In this document: positions 1 through 9,204 of the stretch, piece after piece
Layout: each line of letters starts with the position of its first letter
Position numbering within the stretch: the first letter of the stretch is position 1
Source of the DNA: a virus
DNA: 64,000 nt
Direction: 5' to 3' (one strand)
IMG/VR virus record: IMGVR_UViG_3300046777_002520
Span: 32,001 to 96,000 of that record
Translations under genes and position numbers: made by a program
The notes under the pieces: model-generated
Told to the model about the DNA's origin: nothing
The model's input: the letters and a program-made list of their open reading frames with translations, nothing else
The model's database searches: none

Positions 1-140
1 CGCGTCAAGATGCCATGCGTGGCGGGTCTGTTCCTCGTCCTGCTGCTAACTAACGTTTAGCATTCGGTTTTTTGAGCACACGCAGAAAGCAATTTCTGCG
101 TGTGCTTTGTGTCTGCTCGTTTACAAGGAGTCTCGATAGT

Positions 141-1367
141 ATGGCTAAGCGTAAGGCAGAGGCTGTTCAGCCGATCAGGAATGACGATTTCTTTTCAAGT
201 CAGTTGGCTCAGCGCGACAGGGAAAACCACGACAAGATTGTCATCGGTCTTCCGTTGCAGGCAATCAGTCTGCGCTACCTGTTTAGCAACGATGTCTTCC
301 CCTACAGCCGAATGACCGAGCTGGTCGGCGTGTCTGAGAGCTGCAAGACGGCATTTCTCTTTGAGATCTACCGCTGGCATATCTTCAACACCACCGAGCT
401 GGTCCAGTACGATCCCGACGAGCTGCACGGCGGTTACGTCCACAACCTCGTCGAGCCTCGCGACAGTCCCGACCTGCGCGAGTCGATTCTGCAGCTTGGG
501 CCGTACAGCCCGTATCCGGTCATTCGCAGCGACTCTGTCGAGGACTGGCAGAAGAACTGTGCGGACTGGATCAAGAAGGCAGAAGAGCGCTTTGAGCTGG
601 GGGCAATGCCTTATCCCGTGGCTCTCGGCCTCGACTCGCTGACGGCTGTGACCACCAAGGACGAGATGGACAAGACCTGGTCACAGGGCTATGCCGATCC
701 TGGCTTCTCCCAGATCGCAAAGTCCATCAACCTGTGGGCTAAGGTGTTCTTCAACAAGATGGCTCCTTGGCCTGTGTCCTTCATCGGTGTGAACCACCTG
801 AAGGAGCACAGGGCGCACAACGGCGCTGTGGACCGCAAGGTTCCTGGCGGCACGGCCATCAAGTTTGCGTCAACCTTCATGTTCCGTCTTGCCCGAAAGG
901 GTGACGACATCGAGACGCTCAACGAGAGCGGCCGTAACATCGAGATCGTGACGGAGAAGAACTCTCTGTCGCCTGCCAACCACGAGAAGCTCAAGGTCCG
1001 CATGACCTGGCGCTTCGACGAGAACGGCGAGCAGCAGACCATCTGGGATTGGCATGATTCCAGCATCGAGCTGCTCACGTCTTTCGACGCCACCAGGAAG
1101 AAGCGCATCGCTGAGATTGTCAACATCGAGAATGTTGACAAGTCACGACGCACGGCTGACTGCGCGGCTCTGGGTCTGAAGAAGACCTCTTGGCACGAGA
1201 TCGGCAAGGCCATCATGGAGGAGCCCGAGATCGTCCACGGTCTTGACCGCTTCTTCGGTATTCGGCACCGTCACAAGTTCCAGATGGGCGTGCCCTACTG
1301 CGAACAGGTTGCCATGGCCAAGGAAGCGGACGCTTTCTCGCCACCTGTTGACGACCAGGAAGCCTGA
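141..1367 (+). CDS. Divergent RecA/UvsX-family recombinase
   Basis: Walker A-like GVSESCKT, Walker B LDSL, VNHLK, VPGGTAIKFAS (cf. RecA PGGxALKFYS) and KNSLSP (cf. KNKVAPP). Start moved to ATG 141 behind AAGGAG. Confidence 0.75.
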   Translation: MAKRKAEAVQPIRNDDFFSSQLAQRDRENHDKIVIGLPLQAISLRYLFSNDVFPYSRMTELVGVSESCKTAFLFEIYRWHIFNTTELVQYDPDELHGGYVHNLVEPRDSPDLRESILQLGPYSPYPVIRSDSVEDWQKNCADWIKKAEERFELGAMPYPVALGLDSLTAVTTKDEMDKTWSQGYADPGFSQIAKSINLWAKVFFNKMAPWPVSFIGVNHLKEHRAHNGAVDRKVPGGTAIKFASTFMFRLARKGDDIETLNESGRNIEIVTEKNSLSPANHEKLKVRMTWRFDENGEQQTIWDWHDSSIELLTSFDATRKKRIAEIVNIENVDKSRRTADCAALGLKKTSWHEIGKAIMEEPEIVHGLDRFFGIRHRHKFQMGVPYCEQVAMAKEADAFSPPVDDQEA

Positions 1368-1384
1368 TTCTGTTCGGAAATAAA

Positions 1385-1418
1385 AGCAGGGTTGCGCCTT
1401 AACAAACGCAACCCTGCT
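1385..1418 (+). terminator. 12-bp hairpin downstream of the recombinase
   Basis: AGCAGGGTTGCG (1385-1396) pairs with CGCAACCCTGCT (1407-1418); 10-nt loop; no clear U-tract. Confidence 0.45.
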
Positions 1419-1464
1419 CCGAGCGGGTTCCCCACTCCAGCCGACATTTTAAAGTTTTGCTTTT

Positions 1465-1517
1465 AAAGAAGCAAGTTGTTTACCTGAAACGGTTTAGGGC
1501 GACAGCTTGCTTCTTTT
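1465..1517 (+). terminator. Long imperfect hairpin, probable terminator (possibly bidirectional)
   Basis: AAAGAAGCAAG pairs with CTTGCTTCTTT; the stem extends inward with G-U pairs; T/A tracts on both sides. Confidence 0.55.
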
Positions 1518-1552
1518 ATAGAATGCGTTAAACCAAATTACCGGAGCACTGC

Positions 1553-1861
1553 ATGAGTGGTGAGTGGGTAACCTGGCATTGTTTAGAGTGTAACATTACC
1601 TTGCCAGGCAGCAGAGTTTCTGACGAGTGTGTTGGCTGCAGGCTAAAGGCTGAAAACGCCAAACTGAAAGAGCAACTCCGTTGGCACAAGTGGCCAGAGG
1701 AAAAGCCAGAAACCAGCGGACGTTATCTAGTCCTGACCGACGGCTCGACTGATATTAACGAACATGTCTCATACTTCAGCTTAAGCCTCGGATGGTCTAC
1801 ATCTGACGCAGGTATAACTTACTGGAGACAAATAGGCCCGCTGCCGGGAGGGGAGTTATGA
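1553..1861 (+). CDS. DUF551-like phage protein
   Basis: C-terminal WHKWPEEKP...YLV...W...ITYWRQIGPLP pattern; N-terminal CxxC pair. Confidence 0.6.
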   Translation: MSGEWVTWHCLECNITLPGSRVSDECVGCRLKAENAKLKEQLRWHKWPEEKPETSGRYLVLTDGSTDINEHVSYFSLSLGWSTSDAGITYWRQIGPLPGGEL

Positions 1862-1986
1862 AAGAGCAAACCTTGAGTGATGTCATGCAGTTGATTTCAG
1901 CGTGGACTAAAACAGACAACGCTGACGAGATTGCGGTGATTAAGTCTTGCATCTTTGAAGTATTGCAAGAGGAGAGTGAGCGATGA
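1858..1986 (+). CDS. Small hypothetical protein (42 aa)
   Basis: Not in the ORF track. MKEQTLSDVMQLISAW...EESER; ATGA overlaps at both ends; GGGAG RBS. Confidence 0.6.
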   Translation: MKEQTLSDVMQLISAWTKTDNADEIAVIKSCIFEVLQEESER

Positions 1987-2129
1987 CTGGTGACGACCTC
2001 GGCAGAGAAATGGCAAAAGTGTTTTTTATAGTCGCTACTGTAATCTTTTTGTCTGGTGTTTTTACAGTAATAGCGGCTCAGACAGTGTGGCCGTTTATTA
2101 AAACTTGGATTCACTGGGCCACAGGCTGA
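1983..2129 (+). CDS. Small single-pass membrane protein (48 aa)
   Basis: MTGDDLGREMAKVFFIVATVIFLSGVFTVIAAQTVWPF...; ATGA coupling; GAGGAG upstream. Confidence 0.6.
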   Translation: MTGDDLGREMAKVFFIVATVIFLSGVFTVIAAQTVWPFIKTWIHWATG

Positions 2130-2145
2130 CTTTTGGAGGCCTCAG

Positions 2146-2400
2146 TTGGTAAACCTAAAAAAGCTGTTCCAAAGAAAATGGGACAAGCTGTACTTCTTGA
2201 ACAAAAAAGACATAGGAGTCAAAACACACAAATGCTCTGAGCCAGGCTGCAGGCGATACTGCCTTCCAAAGTCTTACGGCTGTATCGAGCATTGCGGTAA
2301 GAGCTACAAACGCGTGGTGAGTAAGACAAAAGCATGTTTGTCTCTTTCCAAACATAGGAGTAAGCGACGTGACAAACGGAGAGCTGCAAAAGCTGTTTAG
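2146..2400 (+). CDS. Hypothetical basic Cys-containing protein
   Basis: TTG start after GGAGG; CSEPGC...C...C cluster. Confidence 0.5.
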   Translation: MVNLKKLFQRKWDKLYFLNKKDIGVKTHKCSEPGCRRYCLPKSYGCIEHCGKSYKRVVSKTKACLSLSKHRSKRRDKRRAAKAV

Positions 2401-2680
2401 TGCCTGCAATGACAGCTGGTTGCATTTGAAAGAGAAGAAAGACGAGATTGAGAGTAAGTGCGAGAAGCAGGCATCTGACGCTGTTACTCTTCAGGAAGAG
2501 AACAGCAAACTCAAGCTGGAGGTTCTGCGACTGCAGTACCTTCTGCGCTACCATTCCGCAGCTTGCACAAGCTGTGACGGCACTGGGATCATCCCTCCTG
2601 TTTATGCCGACTCGTTCCAACTGCACGCTTGCACGTGCCCCTGTCACAAAGAAAGTGGTGTGAAGTATGTCCAAGGTTAA
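2369..2680 (+). CDS. Coiled-coil protein with CxxCxGxG zinc finger
   Basis: CTSCDGTG and CTCPC motifs; AGGAG RBS. Confidence 0.6.
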   Translation: MTNGELQKLFSACNDSWLHLKEKKDEIESKCEKQASDAVTLQEENSKLKLEVLRLQYLLRYHSAACTSCDGTGIIPPVYADSFQLHACTCPCHKESGVKYVQG

Positions 2681-3011
2681 TTACTCTGACCGTCGCCGCA
2701 ACAAAGTCCTGCCAGTCACCAATCCGACTGAGTCGATTACTCATATTCGATATGTGCTGTGGTTCTCGTACGGCGATGACGGCGCTCGTGGCTACAATCT
2801 GTCGGTCATGCCTGTCCAGCACTCCAACGGCTTTGAGATCACCATGGCTTTCTCTGGCTATAGAATGATTCTGGAAAGGACTACTGGCAAGTTTAGCCAG
2901 AAGAAACTAAACGCGCACTGGGAAGAGCTGCACAGCAACCCAGCTATCTTGGACGAGCTGATCGCCAAGATCTGCGAAAAAACCCAGACTGGGGGCGTGA
3001 TCAAGGAATGA
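2667..3011 (+). CDS. Hypothetical phage protein
   Basis: ORF coupled to both neighbours. Confidence 0.6.
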   Translation: MSKVNYSDRRRNKVLPVTNPTESITHIRYVLWFSYGDDGARGYNLSVMPVQHSNGFEITMAFSGYRMILERTTGKFSQKKLNAHWEELHSNPAILDELIAKICEKTQTGGVIKE

Positions 3012-3526
3012 GCACTGACGATTTCTTCTTCAGACCAGAGTCAGACGATAGTCACTCGTTTACCAGCGAGGAGAAGATCGTCAAAGCCATCCTCAAGGCT
3101 GCAGACGCTTCTCAGTACTTCAAGACACTTCTGGCAGAGTGTCGCGAGGAGACTGGGGTCAACGCTGTGAATCTTGGCTGGTTCGTTACCAAGTATCCCA
3201 GCTTTCCTATCTGGCTGGGTACGCGCAAGGTGGAGTGGCAGCGCGATGTCTTCGGGCATCTGCTTAAACGCTTCACCAACACGCCATGCTTCAAGGCCTG
3301 GGAAGAAGTGGACGAGGCAAAGCCTGAGGATGACAGCAGAAGCGCAGGTTGTGTTTTTACCTGGCCTTCCTTTGGCATCTGCTGCATTCACCAGTACAGC
3401 CCGTCCTACCTGGCCAATGCCGACGGCATCTGGATAACCAGGAAGCTGCCCAGCTTTGAGGAGAGGTTTGTGATTGAGCCGTTATCTCAACTGCTCAAAA
3501 CCCTGGCTTGGCAATTCCCAGGGTGA
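3008..3526 (+). CDS. Hypothetical protein
   Basis: ATGA overlap; 172 aa. Confidence 0.65.
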   Translation: MSTDDFFFRPESDDSHSFTSEEKIVKAILKAADASQYFKTLLAECREETGVNAVNLGWFVTKYPSFPIWLGTRKVEWQRDVFGHLLKRFTNTPCFKAWEEVDEAKPEDDSRSAGCVFTWPSFGICCIHQYSPSYLANADGIWITRKLPSFEERFVIEPLSQLLKTLAWQFPG

Positions 3527-3529
3527 CGC

Positions 3530-4669
3530 ATGAACAAGCAGCTTGCCTTAGACGCCACCCATGTCTTTTTCGACCAGAACAGGCTGTCGAGTTTGAGAGA
3601 CGCCGTCTTTGACCTGGAAAAGAACACAGCCACGTTTGTTCTTGACGGTACTCAGCAAGTGGCGCTCACTCAAAACTTTACGACAGTCGGAGGCATGTCG
3701 AAGCTGACTTGGGTGGCTCTAAGGCAACTCTGCAACTCTTTGTCCCCAGGGTTCTACAAACTGATAACCGACCTGTGCGGACGCAGCTTCAGCAAAAAAT
3801 CGGACAAGGTGACCTATTCCAACCAGGACGCCTTGTCTGTTTACAACACGGTATTGAACCGACGCTTTAGCCAGGCTGTTGAACGTAAGTTGATTCTCAA
3901 AAACATAAAGACGAATGTTATAGATGCGGTCCTTACCCAACAGAACAACCGTATTCCTCTGGCTGACTTCTACAAGGCCGTGAACCCTAGACAAAAGCCA
4001 GAAAACGGTACGTGCTACAGTAAAGACTTTATTTTCAAGTCTGCTGATCTGTCAGACAGGAAGCTGTCTATTAAGTTGGTACCAGACAGCAAGAACAAAG
4101 AGTATTCTTTCAAGGACCTTACGTTCAAAACTGGTATAGTGTTTACGCACAGCGAGTATTCAGACAACCACACTTCGGTTGGAGTCTTTGTTTGTTTTGA
4201 TGATAATAAGTTTGCTATAGACAAAGCTATAAAGGCAGACAAGGGTACAGACATAGAAGCAAAAGTGCAAAAGCTTACCGAGACTGTAGCTAAAAGGGTA
4301 AAAGCCTTTGAGGGCTACAGGCTTATCTCTATGCTGGAAAGGCTCGAAGAAACCAAGCTTGGGTTTACTGCAGAGTTCAATGACAACAAAACTCACAAAG
4401 ATACTGTTGTGAAAATACTTTGCAAGGCTAAACTAAGACCGAAGATCGCTGAACGTGTCGTCACGGCGACACTTGTTTCAGGATTAGCCAACCAATCCTT
4501 TTCAGCTCTGGCCACTAGCAGCAGCGAGACTTGGCCTGGCAAATCCGCTTTTGACCTTTTCAAGGCCTTGCTGGCAGAAAGCGTCAAACCTATTTACGAT
4601 AAGCCTGCCCGAGACAACATAGAGCAGGTTTTATTCAGGTTGTTGTTAGGAAAGTTGAAGTTCACATGA
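3530..4669 (+). CDS. Hypothetical protein (weak DUF932-like resemblance)
   Basis: 379-aa ORF; LTWVALRQLCNSL resembles DUF932-type N-termini (recollection only). Confidence 0.55.
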   Translation: MNKQLALDATHVFFDQNRLSSLRDAVFDLEKNTATFVLDGTQQVALTQNFTTVGGMSKLTWVALRQLCNSLSPGFYKLITDLCGRSFSKKSDKVTYSNQDALSVYNTVLNRRFSQAVERKLILKNIKTNVIDAVLTQQNNRIPLADFYKAVNPRQKPENGTCYSKDFIFKSADLSDRKLSIKLVPDSKNKEYSFKDLTFKTGIVFTHSEYSDNHTSVGVFVCFDDNKFAIDKAIKADKGTDIEAKVQKLTETVAKRVKAFEGYRLISMLERLEETKLGFTAEFNDNKTHKDTVVKILCKAKLRPKIAERVVTATLVSGLANQSFSALATSSSETWPGKSAFDLFKALLAESVKPIYDKPARDNIEQVLFRLLLGKLKFT

Positions 4670-5583
4670 GCGATAACGCAGTTGTTAGCAAAAGCAACAC
4701 AAAACTTACGACCATGAACGAGAACCTTTTCAAGATCTATGAGCAGGAGCTGGCCGAGCGCAGCATCATGCTGAGGCGCAACCTGCGCTTCCACAGGGAT
4801 CGCGGCAAGGTCATCCATCGGGTCAAGAGCGGTCGGAGTCTTGACGGTAAGACAACCGTGGACTACGGCCAGAACCCTGTCGAGGTGTTGGCAGACAGCC
4901 TGGGTGTCAGCCGTTCTTACGCCTACAAGCTCTCCACTTTTTACGAGATCTACCAGGACAACGAGAAGTTCCAGGACCTGCTGGACAGCTTCGACAGCAA
5001 GAGCTTTGACCTGTCCTGGTCCCACTTCAATTGCCTTGTCCACGTCAAGGACGAGGCTGTGCGTGAGGAGCTGATCGAGCAGGCGCTGGAAAACAAGATG
5101 TCTGTGCGCGCTCTGCACGAGCTTCTCAAGAGCAAGCGCATCGTCGTCGATGACGATGAGGTCCTCTCTGACGACTCTGGTGACGCGGCTCTGGAGGCGG
5201 CTCCAGCTGCGACAGGTCCTGTCGAGATGACCCAGCCAGAGCACGTCTCTGACGAGGAGACCGAGGAGGAAGAGGCTGAAGGTCTGCCAGAGGCCCAGGC
5301 TGTCCCCTCCGCTTCCGACTGGACTTCCTCTGACAACCCCAAGATTGTTTTGCGCAAGCTCGTCACGGCAGCCGCCAAGTTTGGTGACAAGCTTGTCGAG
5401 CTGGTTGGCGACCTGACGATCTCGACCAACGAGATCCACGGTTCCAGCTGCGACAAGGACACTCTCAAGGGGCTGGAGTCTTCTGTAGAGGTTCTGGAAT
5501 CTCTCAAGCTGCAGGTTGGCGAGTATCTTGAGCAGGTCCAGATCATTCAAAACAGGCTGACTACCGAGAAGCGCAGCAAGTAG
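4666..5583 (+). CDS. DUF1016_N (YhcG N-terminal)-like DNA-binding protein with acidic linker
   Basis: LSWSHFNCLVHVKDEAVREELIEQALENKMSVRAL matches the LSWSHY...D..AR..Y...A....WSVREL pattern; followed by an acidic region and a coiled coil. Confidence 0.55.
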   Translation: MSDNAVVSKSNTKLTTMNENLFKIYEQELAERSIMLRRNLRFHRDRGKVIHRVKSGRSLDGKTTVDYGQNPVEVLADSLGVSRSYAYKLSTFYEIYQDNEKFQDLLDSFDSKSFDLSWSHFNCLVHVKDEAVREELIEQALENKMSVRALHELLKSKRIVVDDDEVLSDDSGDAALEAAPAATGPVEMTQPEHVSDEETEEEEAEGLPEAQAVPSASDWTSSDNPKIVLRKLVTAAAKFGDKLVELVGDLTISTNEIHGSSCDKDTLKGLESSVEVLESLKLQVGEYLEQVQIIQNRLTTEKRSK

Positions 5584-5591
5584 GAGTAGAT

Positions 5592-6290
5592 ATGTCAGAC
5601 AGAAAGTTTACTGTCTGCGCTCTTCTCTACGGCAACTACCCAGACCTGGCTCGCAGATGTCTCGAACCACTCTTCGAGCTCTGCGGGTCAGGCAGGGTAG
5701 ATCTGCGCGTAGGTATGAACGAGGCGTGCCAGGAGACTAGGGACTACGTCGCAGGCAGCGCTTCTGAGAACGTTGAGGTTATCTCAGCAGATCCGCAGAT
5801 TCTCAAGTACCCCATGATGCGGCGTCTGTTTTACGACAAGCCGATCACTTCTGACTATGTTATGTGGTTTGACGATGACTCTTACGTCAAAGCCGACAAC
5901 CTGGAAGATTGGTTAGACGACATAGAAAAAGCTATGTTGTCGTGCGATATGCTAGGTTCTGTTTACACCATAGGTTACACGCCTTCGCAGAAAAAATGGT
6001 GTTCAGAACAACCGTGGTATTCTGGTAAAGTCATTCCAGACAGACCACAATTCGCAACTGGCGGTTGGTGGTGCTTAAAGACTCAAGTTGTCAAGACTTT
6101 CAACTGGCCCATACCTGAACTGCAGCATTGTGGCGGTGATGTCGCCCTGGGTGTTTTGCTTCACCAGCAAGGTTTGAAGCTAAAGCATTTCAGGGAAGGC
6201 GTAGCTATCAATGCCAATGCAGAAGGCAAAGAGTCAGCAGCTGAACGTCGTGGCGCTAGCAAAACCGCCAAACCCATAGGCAGGCTGTGA
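5592..6290 (+). CDS. GT-A fold (GT2-like) glycosyltransferase
   Basis: VMWFDDDSYV DxD motif; GGWW and GGDVALG motifs. Confidence 0.65.
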   Translation: MSDRKFTVCALLYGNYPDLARRCLEPLFELCGSGRVDLRVGMNEACQETRDYVAGSASENVEVISADPQILKYPMMRRLFYDKPITSDYVMWFDDDSYVKADNLEDWLDDIEKAMLSCDMLGSVYTIGYTPSQKKWCSEQPWYSGKVIPDRPQFATGGWWCLKTQVVKTFNWPIPELQHCGGDVALGVLLHQQGLKLKHFREGVAINANAEGKESAAERRGASKTAKPIGRL

Positions 6291-7243
6291 CCATGGAAGA
6301 ACAGGCAACAGAGCTGAAGAAGTACTTTGACATATCAGAAACCAAGACGAGGGTTACAAAGCTAAAGCAGACTTTTAAGGACTACGTTGGTTTGACTCTC
6401 GACAAGGAGCAGCTGAAGTCGCTGCTGAAGAAGGCTCTGGAGGTGCTTCCTCAAGATCTGTCGATGATCAAGATCCAGGACTCCATGGCGCATCTGTACG
6501 GTCGTCCCTTGACCGAGCAGGTGCTGAATGAGACAGCCTGGCGCTTGGCTGGCAATACTGAGATGCTGCGTCGCGGTGAGACAATCACCCAGGATGTGTC
6601 TGTCAGGAAAGCAGGTTGGTGCGCTGTTCAGGTCACTTACTGCCGACCCTATCTGCGTAATCCCAAGTCTAAGGATAAGAAGCAGCGTGGCTGCATTCTT
6701 ACCTGCTTTATCCTGTGCGGACACGCTGCTGGGCTTACCATAGACAAGTTCATGTCCCTGAAGCACTTGCGCTACCTGGCCACGGACCTGGGGTTCACGC
6801 CTCCGTTCAAGAACATGCCGTTTCGCGACGAGCGTGAGCTGTTCGGTATGCGTTTTGGCGTTCTATGCGCTCCAGACCTGGCCAGGGACAACAAGCCCAG
6901 CTTCAAGGAAGTATGCGTCACCAGCGCCATGCAGAAGTGGAACAAGGACATTATCAAGAGGCGGTTCAGGGACAACTTCAACTGCCCTCTCGGAAAAACT
7001 TCAGAGCAGTTACCATGCTTTCGATGCTGGCGCGGTACGGAGTCCTGTCTGGCCTCTGTACACGTCAAGGACTTTGAAAGCGGTTTCTGCGAGTATTGCG
7101 GCAAGGAGTCAGTGTTTGACCCCTTGTCCGTAGGTCATGCTGTTGACAAGTGCGTCAATTGCCAGCGGCATGAAGACACAACTGGCGCTTATCTTTTCAG
7201 GAGTTTTACCGAGAATGTTGACGGAAATGGACCCACTGAATGA
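6287..7243 (+). CDS. Hypothetical protein with C-terminal zinc ribbons
   Basis: CFRC, CEYC and CVNC pairs. Confidence 0.65.
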   Translation: MTMEEQATELKKYFDISETKTRVTKLKQTFKDYVGLTLDKEQLKSLLKKALEVLPQDLSMIKIQDSMAHLYGRPLTEQVLNETAWRLAGNTEMLRRGETITQDVSVRKAGWCAVQVTYCRPYLRNPKSKDKKQRGCILTCFILCGHAAGLTIDKFMSLKHLRYLATDLGFTPPFKNMPFRDERELFGMRFGVLCAPDLARDNKPSFKEVCVTSAMQKWNKDIIKRRFRDNFNCPLGKTSEQLPCFRCWRGTESCLASVHVKDFESGFCEYCGKESVFDPLSVGHAVDKCVNCQRHEDTTGAYLFRSFTENVDGNGPTE

Positions 7244-7919
7244 CGAGCGCTCCCTGGTTCGTCTTGAGCGGGTGTCTGGCGCAGACATAGATGTCGTCAA
7301 CTCCGCTAGGGTTAGTCACGCCAAGAAGATCGAGGCGATGACTCCCAAGGATGAGAAGCTGATGCGCTTTCTCATCGAGCACAAGCACGAGACTCCGTTT
7401 GAGCACAACCAGCTTGTGTTTGAGGTCAAGGCTCCGTTGTTTGTATTCAGGGAGTGGCACCGACATCGGGTGGGTTGGTCTTACAACGAATGGAGTATGA
7501 GATACCTGGAAGGAGGCAAGGACATCGAGCTTGAGTTCTATCTGCCTGTCCAACTCAGAAAGCAGTCCACGTCGAACAGGCAGGCGTCTGGCGAGACGTT
7601 TACGGACAACTCCCTTACTCTGGCTATGCTTGCTACTTACTCTGCTTCAGCTTCGGCTTATCGAAAGCTTATAGAGAACGGAGTAGCCAAAGAACTAGCG
7701 CGAGTCGTTCTGCCTGTTGGCCTGTACAGCTCCATGTGGGCTACCTGCAACCTGCGTTCTCTGATGCATTTCTTGGCGCTAAGACTTAACTCTGACGCTC
7801 AGTTTGAGATTAGGCAGTACGCCAAAGCTATGCTAAAGCTTGCAGAGCAGCACTTTCCTGTTACTATGTCTTTGTGGCGAGAGCTACATGGATACAATAG
7901 TGACGGAGAGAAAGGCTAG
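7227..7919 (+). CDS. thyX: FAD-dependent thymidylate synthase
   Basis: HETPFEH, REWHRHR..SYNEWSMRY, ELARVVLP, NLRSLMHFLALR..AQFEIR. Start moved to ATG 7227 (7215 also possible). Confidence 0.95.
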   Translation: MDPLNDERSLVRLERVSGADIDVVNSARVSHAKKIEAMTPKDEKLMRFLIEHKHETPFEHNQLVFEVKAPLFVFREWHRHRVGWSYNEWSMRYLEGGKDIELEFYLPVQLRKQSTSNRQASGETFTDNSLTLAMLATYSASASAYRKLIENGVAKELARVVLPVGLYSSMWATCNLRSLMHFLALRLNSDAQFEIRQYAKAMLKLAEQHFPVTMSLWRELHGYNSDGEKG

Positions 7920-8430
7920 GTTTACCGTGGTAATGAACATCAAGGGACACGTTGATACTAGAAGGTACAACCCCAGCAGAGACATAGCTTACGCTTGGCC
8001 TAATCTGATGCAGGCCGCTCTGGTGGCTTTTGAGAAGGAAAAGAAAGAGCCTATCACTGCTTTCCTTATTCAAGACTTCAATATCAGCGACCGCGACCTT
8101 GGTGAGCTCATTCAACGCTACGCCAACTACTTCAAGGAGTGCCTTTCCCAAGGCGACAAGAACTACAAGACTCCTGAAGACGCTTTAGCAGCCTGTGGCT
8201 TTTTTGACCTGCCTGTCAGTCACCAAGCGGTGATCCTGACGCGGCTGGGTCAGGTTGCCACAGGCGCTTTCTTTTACGCTGTTCGAGATGTCTACATCGA
8301 CTCGAACGACCCACCCTACAACGACGCCAAGATCGTCGAGATAGGGCGACTTGCTAAAGAAGCCTTTATCAAAAGGTCCAAGACTAGGTGGTATCACTAC
8401 CTGCTCAAGCCTTGGAAACTTTTTGAATAG
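7888..8430 (+). CDS. Hypothetical protein
   Basis: ATG 7888; overlaps the thyX end by 32 nt. Confidence 0.6.
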   Translation: MDTIVTERKARFTVVMNIKGHVDTRRYNPSRDIAYAWPNLMQAALVAFEKEKKEPITAFLIQDFNISDRDLGELIQRYANYFKECLSQGDKNYKTPEDALAACGFFDLPVSHQAVILTRLGQVATGAFFYAVRDVYIDSNDPPYNDAKIVEIGRLAKEAFIKRSKTRWYHYLLKPWKLFE

Positions 8431-8441
8431 AGGTAATCGGA

Positions 8442-9197
8442 ATGACACCTGGAGAATGGCTCAGGTACGCCCAAACACGACTTGGGCCGTTACCTGACAG
8501 TTATCTCGTATTTGACATTGAGACCACTGGTCTGGATGTCAACGTGGACCTACCAGCGCAGATAGGCTGGGCTGTTGTTGAAAACAACAAGCTTGTGGAC
8601 ACAGGCGCTAGGTTCATGAACTGGACAGCAAACAGTTCAAAAGAGAACTATGACTGGCTGGTCCACAGGGTAGCCACCACCAAAAGACAGTTCGAGTTCA
8701 AGCACGGCTATGCGACTGGTAGCGTTTACAGCGTTTCCATAGAGCGCATGGCTGCTGGGGAAAACCCTGAGCAGGTGCTGTCTGAGTTCTATCGCCTCTT
8801 CTCAGAGTGCCGAAAGAACGGGTTTGGGTTCATAGCCCACAACGGTTTACGCCACGACCAGCCCATACTGGATAGGGTTATATCTGGTATGTCTGGTGGT
8901 GAGATGCGTTTCAGGTTTAAGCCGAACGACTACTTTGACACTTTGTCTCTGGAGAAAAGCGTTCAGATTTTTCCAGACATTGATCAGAACGAGTCTTGGC
9001 TTGATTTCGCCCGTCGCGCTTACCATCTTGGCGGGCATAAGGTGAAGGGGTCGCTTGACCGACACTGCGCGGTCAAGTACGACTTATCTAACAAACACGG
9101 GCTGAGCATGGACAAGGCCCACGAGGCCGACTTTGACTGTGTTCTGACCCATCATCTGCTTCAGGAATACAAGCAGCTGTCGGCGCTAGAAAGATAG
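8442..9197 (+). CDS. DEDDh 3'-5' exonuclease (DnaQ-like)
   Basis: ExoI VFDIETTG, ExoII AHNGLRHD, ExoIII HEADFD. Confidence 0.85.
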   Translation: MTPGEWLRYAQTRLGPLPDSYLVFDIETTGLDVNVDLPAQIGWAVVENNKLVDTGARFMNWTANSSKENYDWLVHRVATTKRQFEFKHGYATGSVYSVSIERMAAGENPEQVLSEFYRLFSECRKNGFGFIAHNGLRHDQPILDRVISGMSGGEMRFRFKPNDYFDTLSLEKSVQIFPDIDQNESWLDFARRAYHLGGHKVKGSLDRHCAVKYDLSNKHGLSMDKAHEADFDCVLTHHLLQEYKQLSALER

Positions 9198-9204
9198 GTA
9201 ATCT

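Noticed and set aside
4594-5550. Long minus-strand ORFs (4594..5550, 15133..15885, 57619..58476, 58891..59634)
   Set aside because: They lie antisense to well-supported GC3-rich genes and carry no recognisable motifs.
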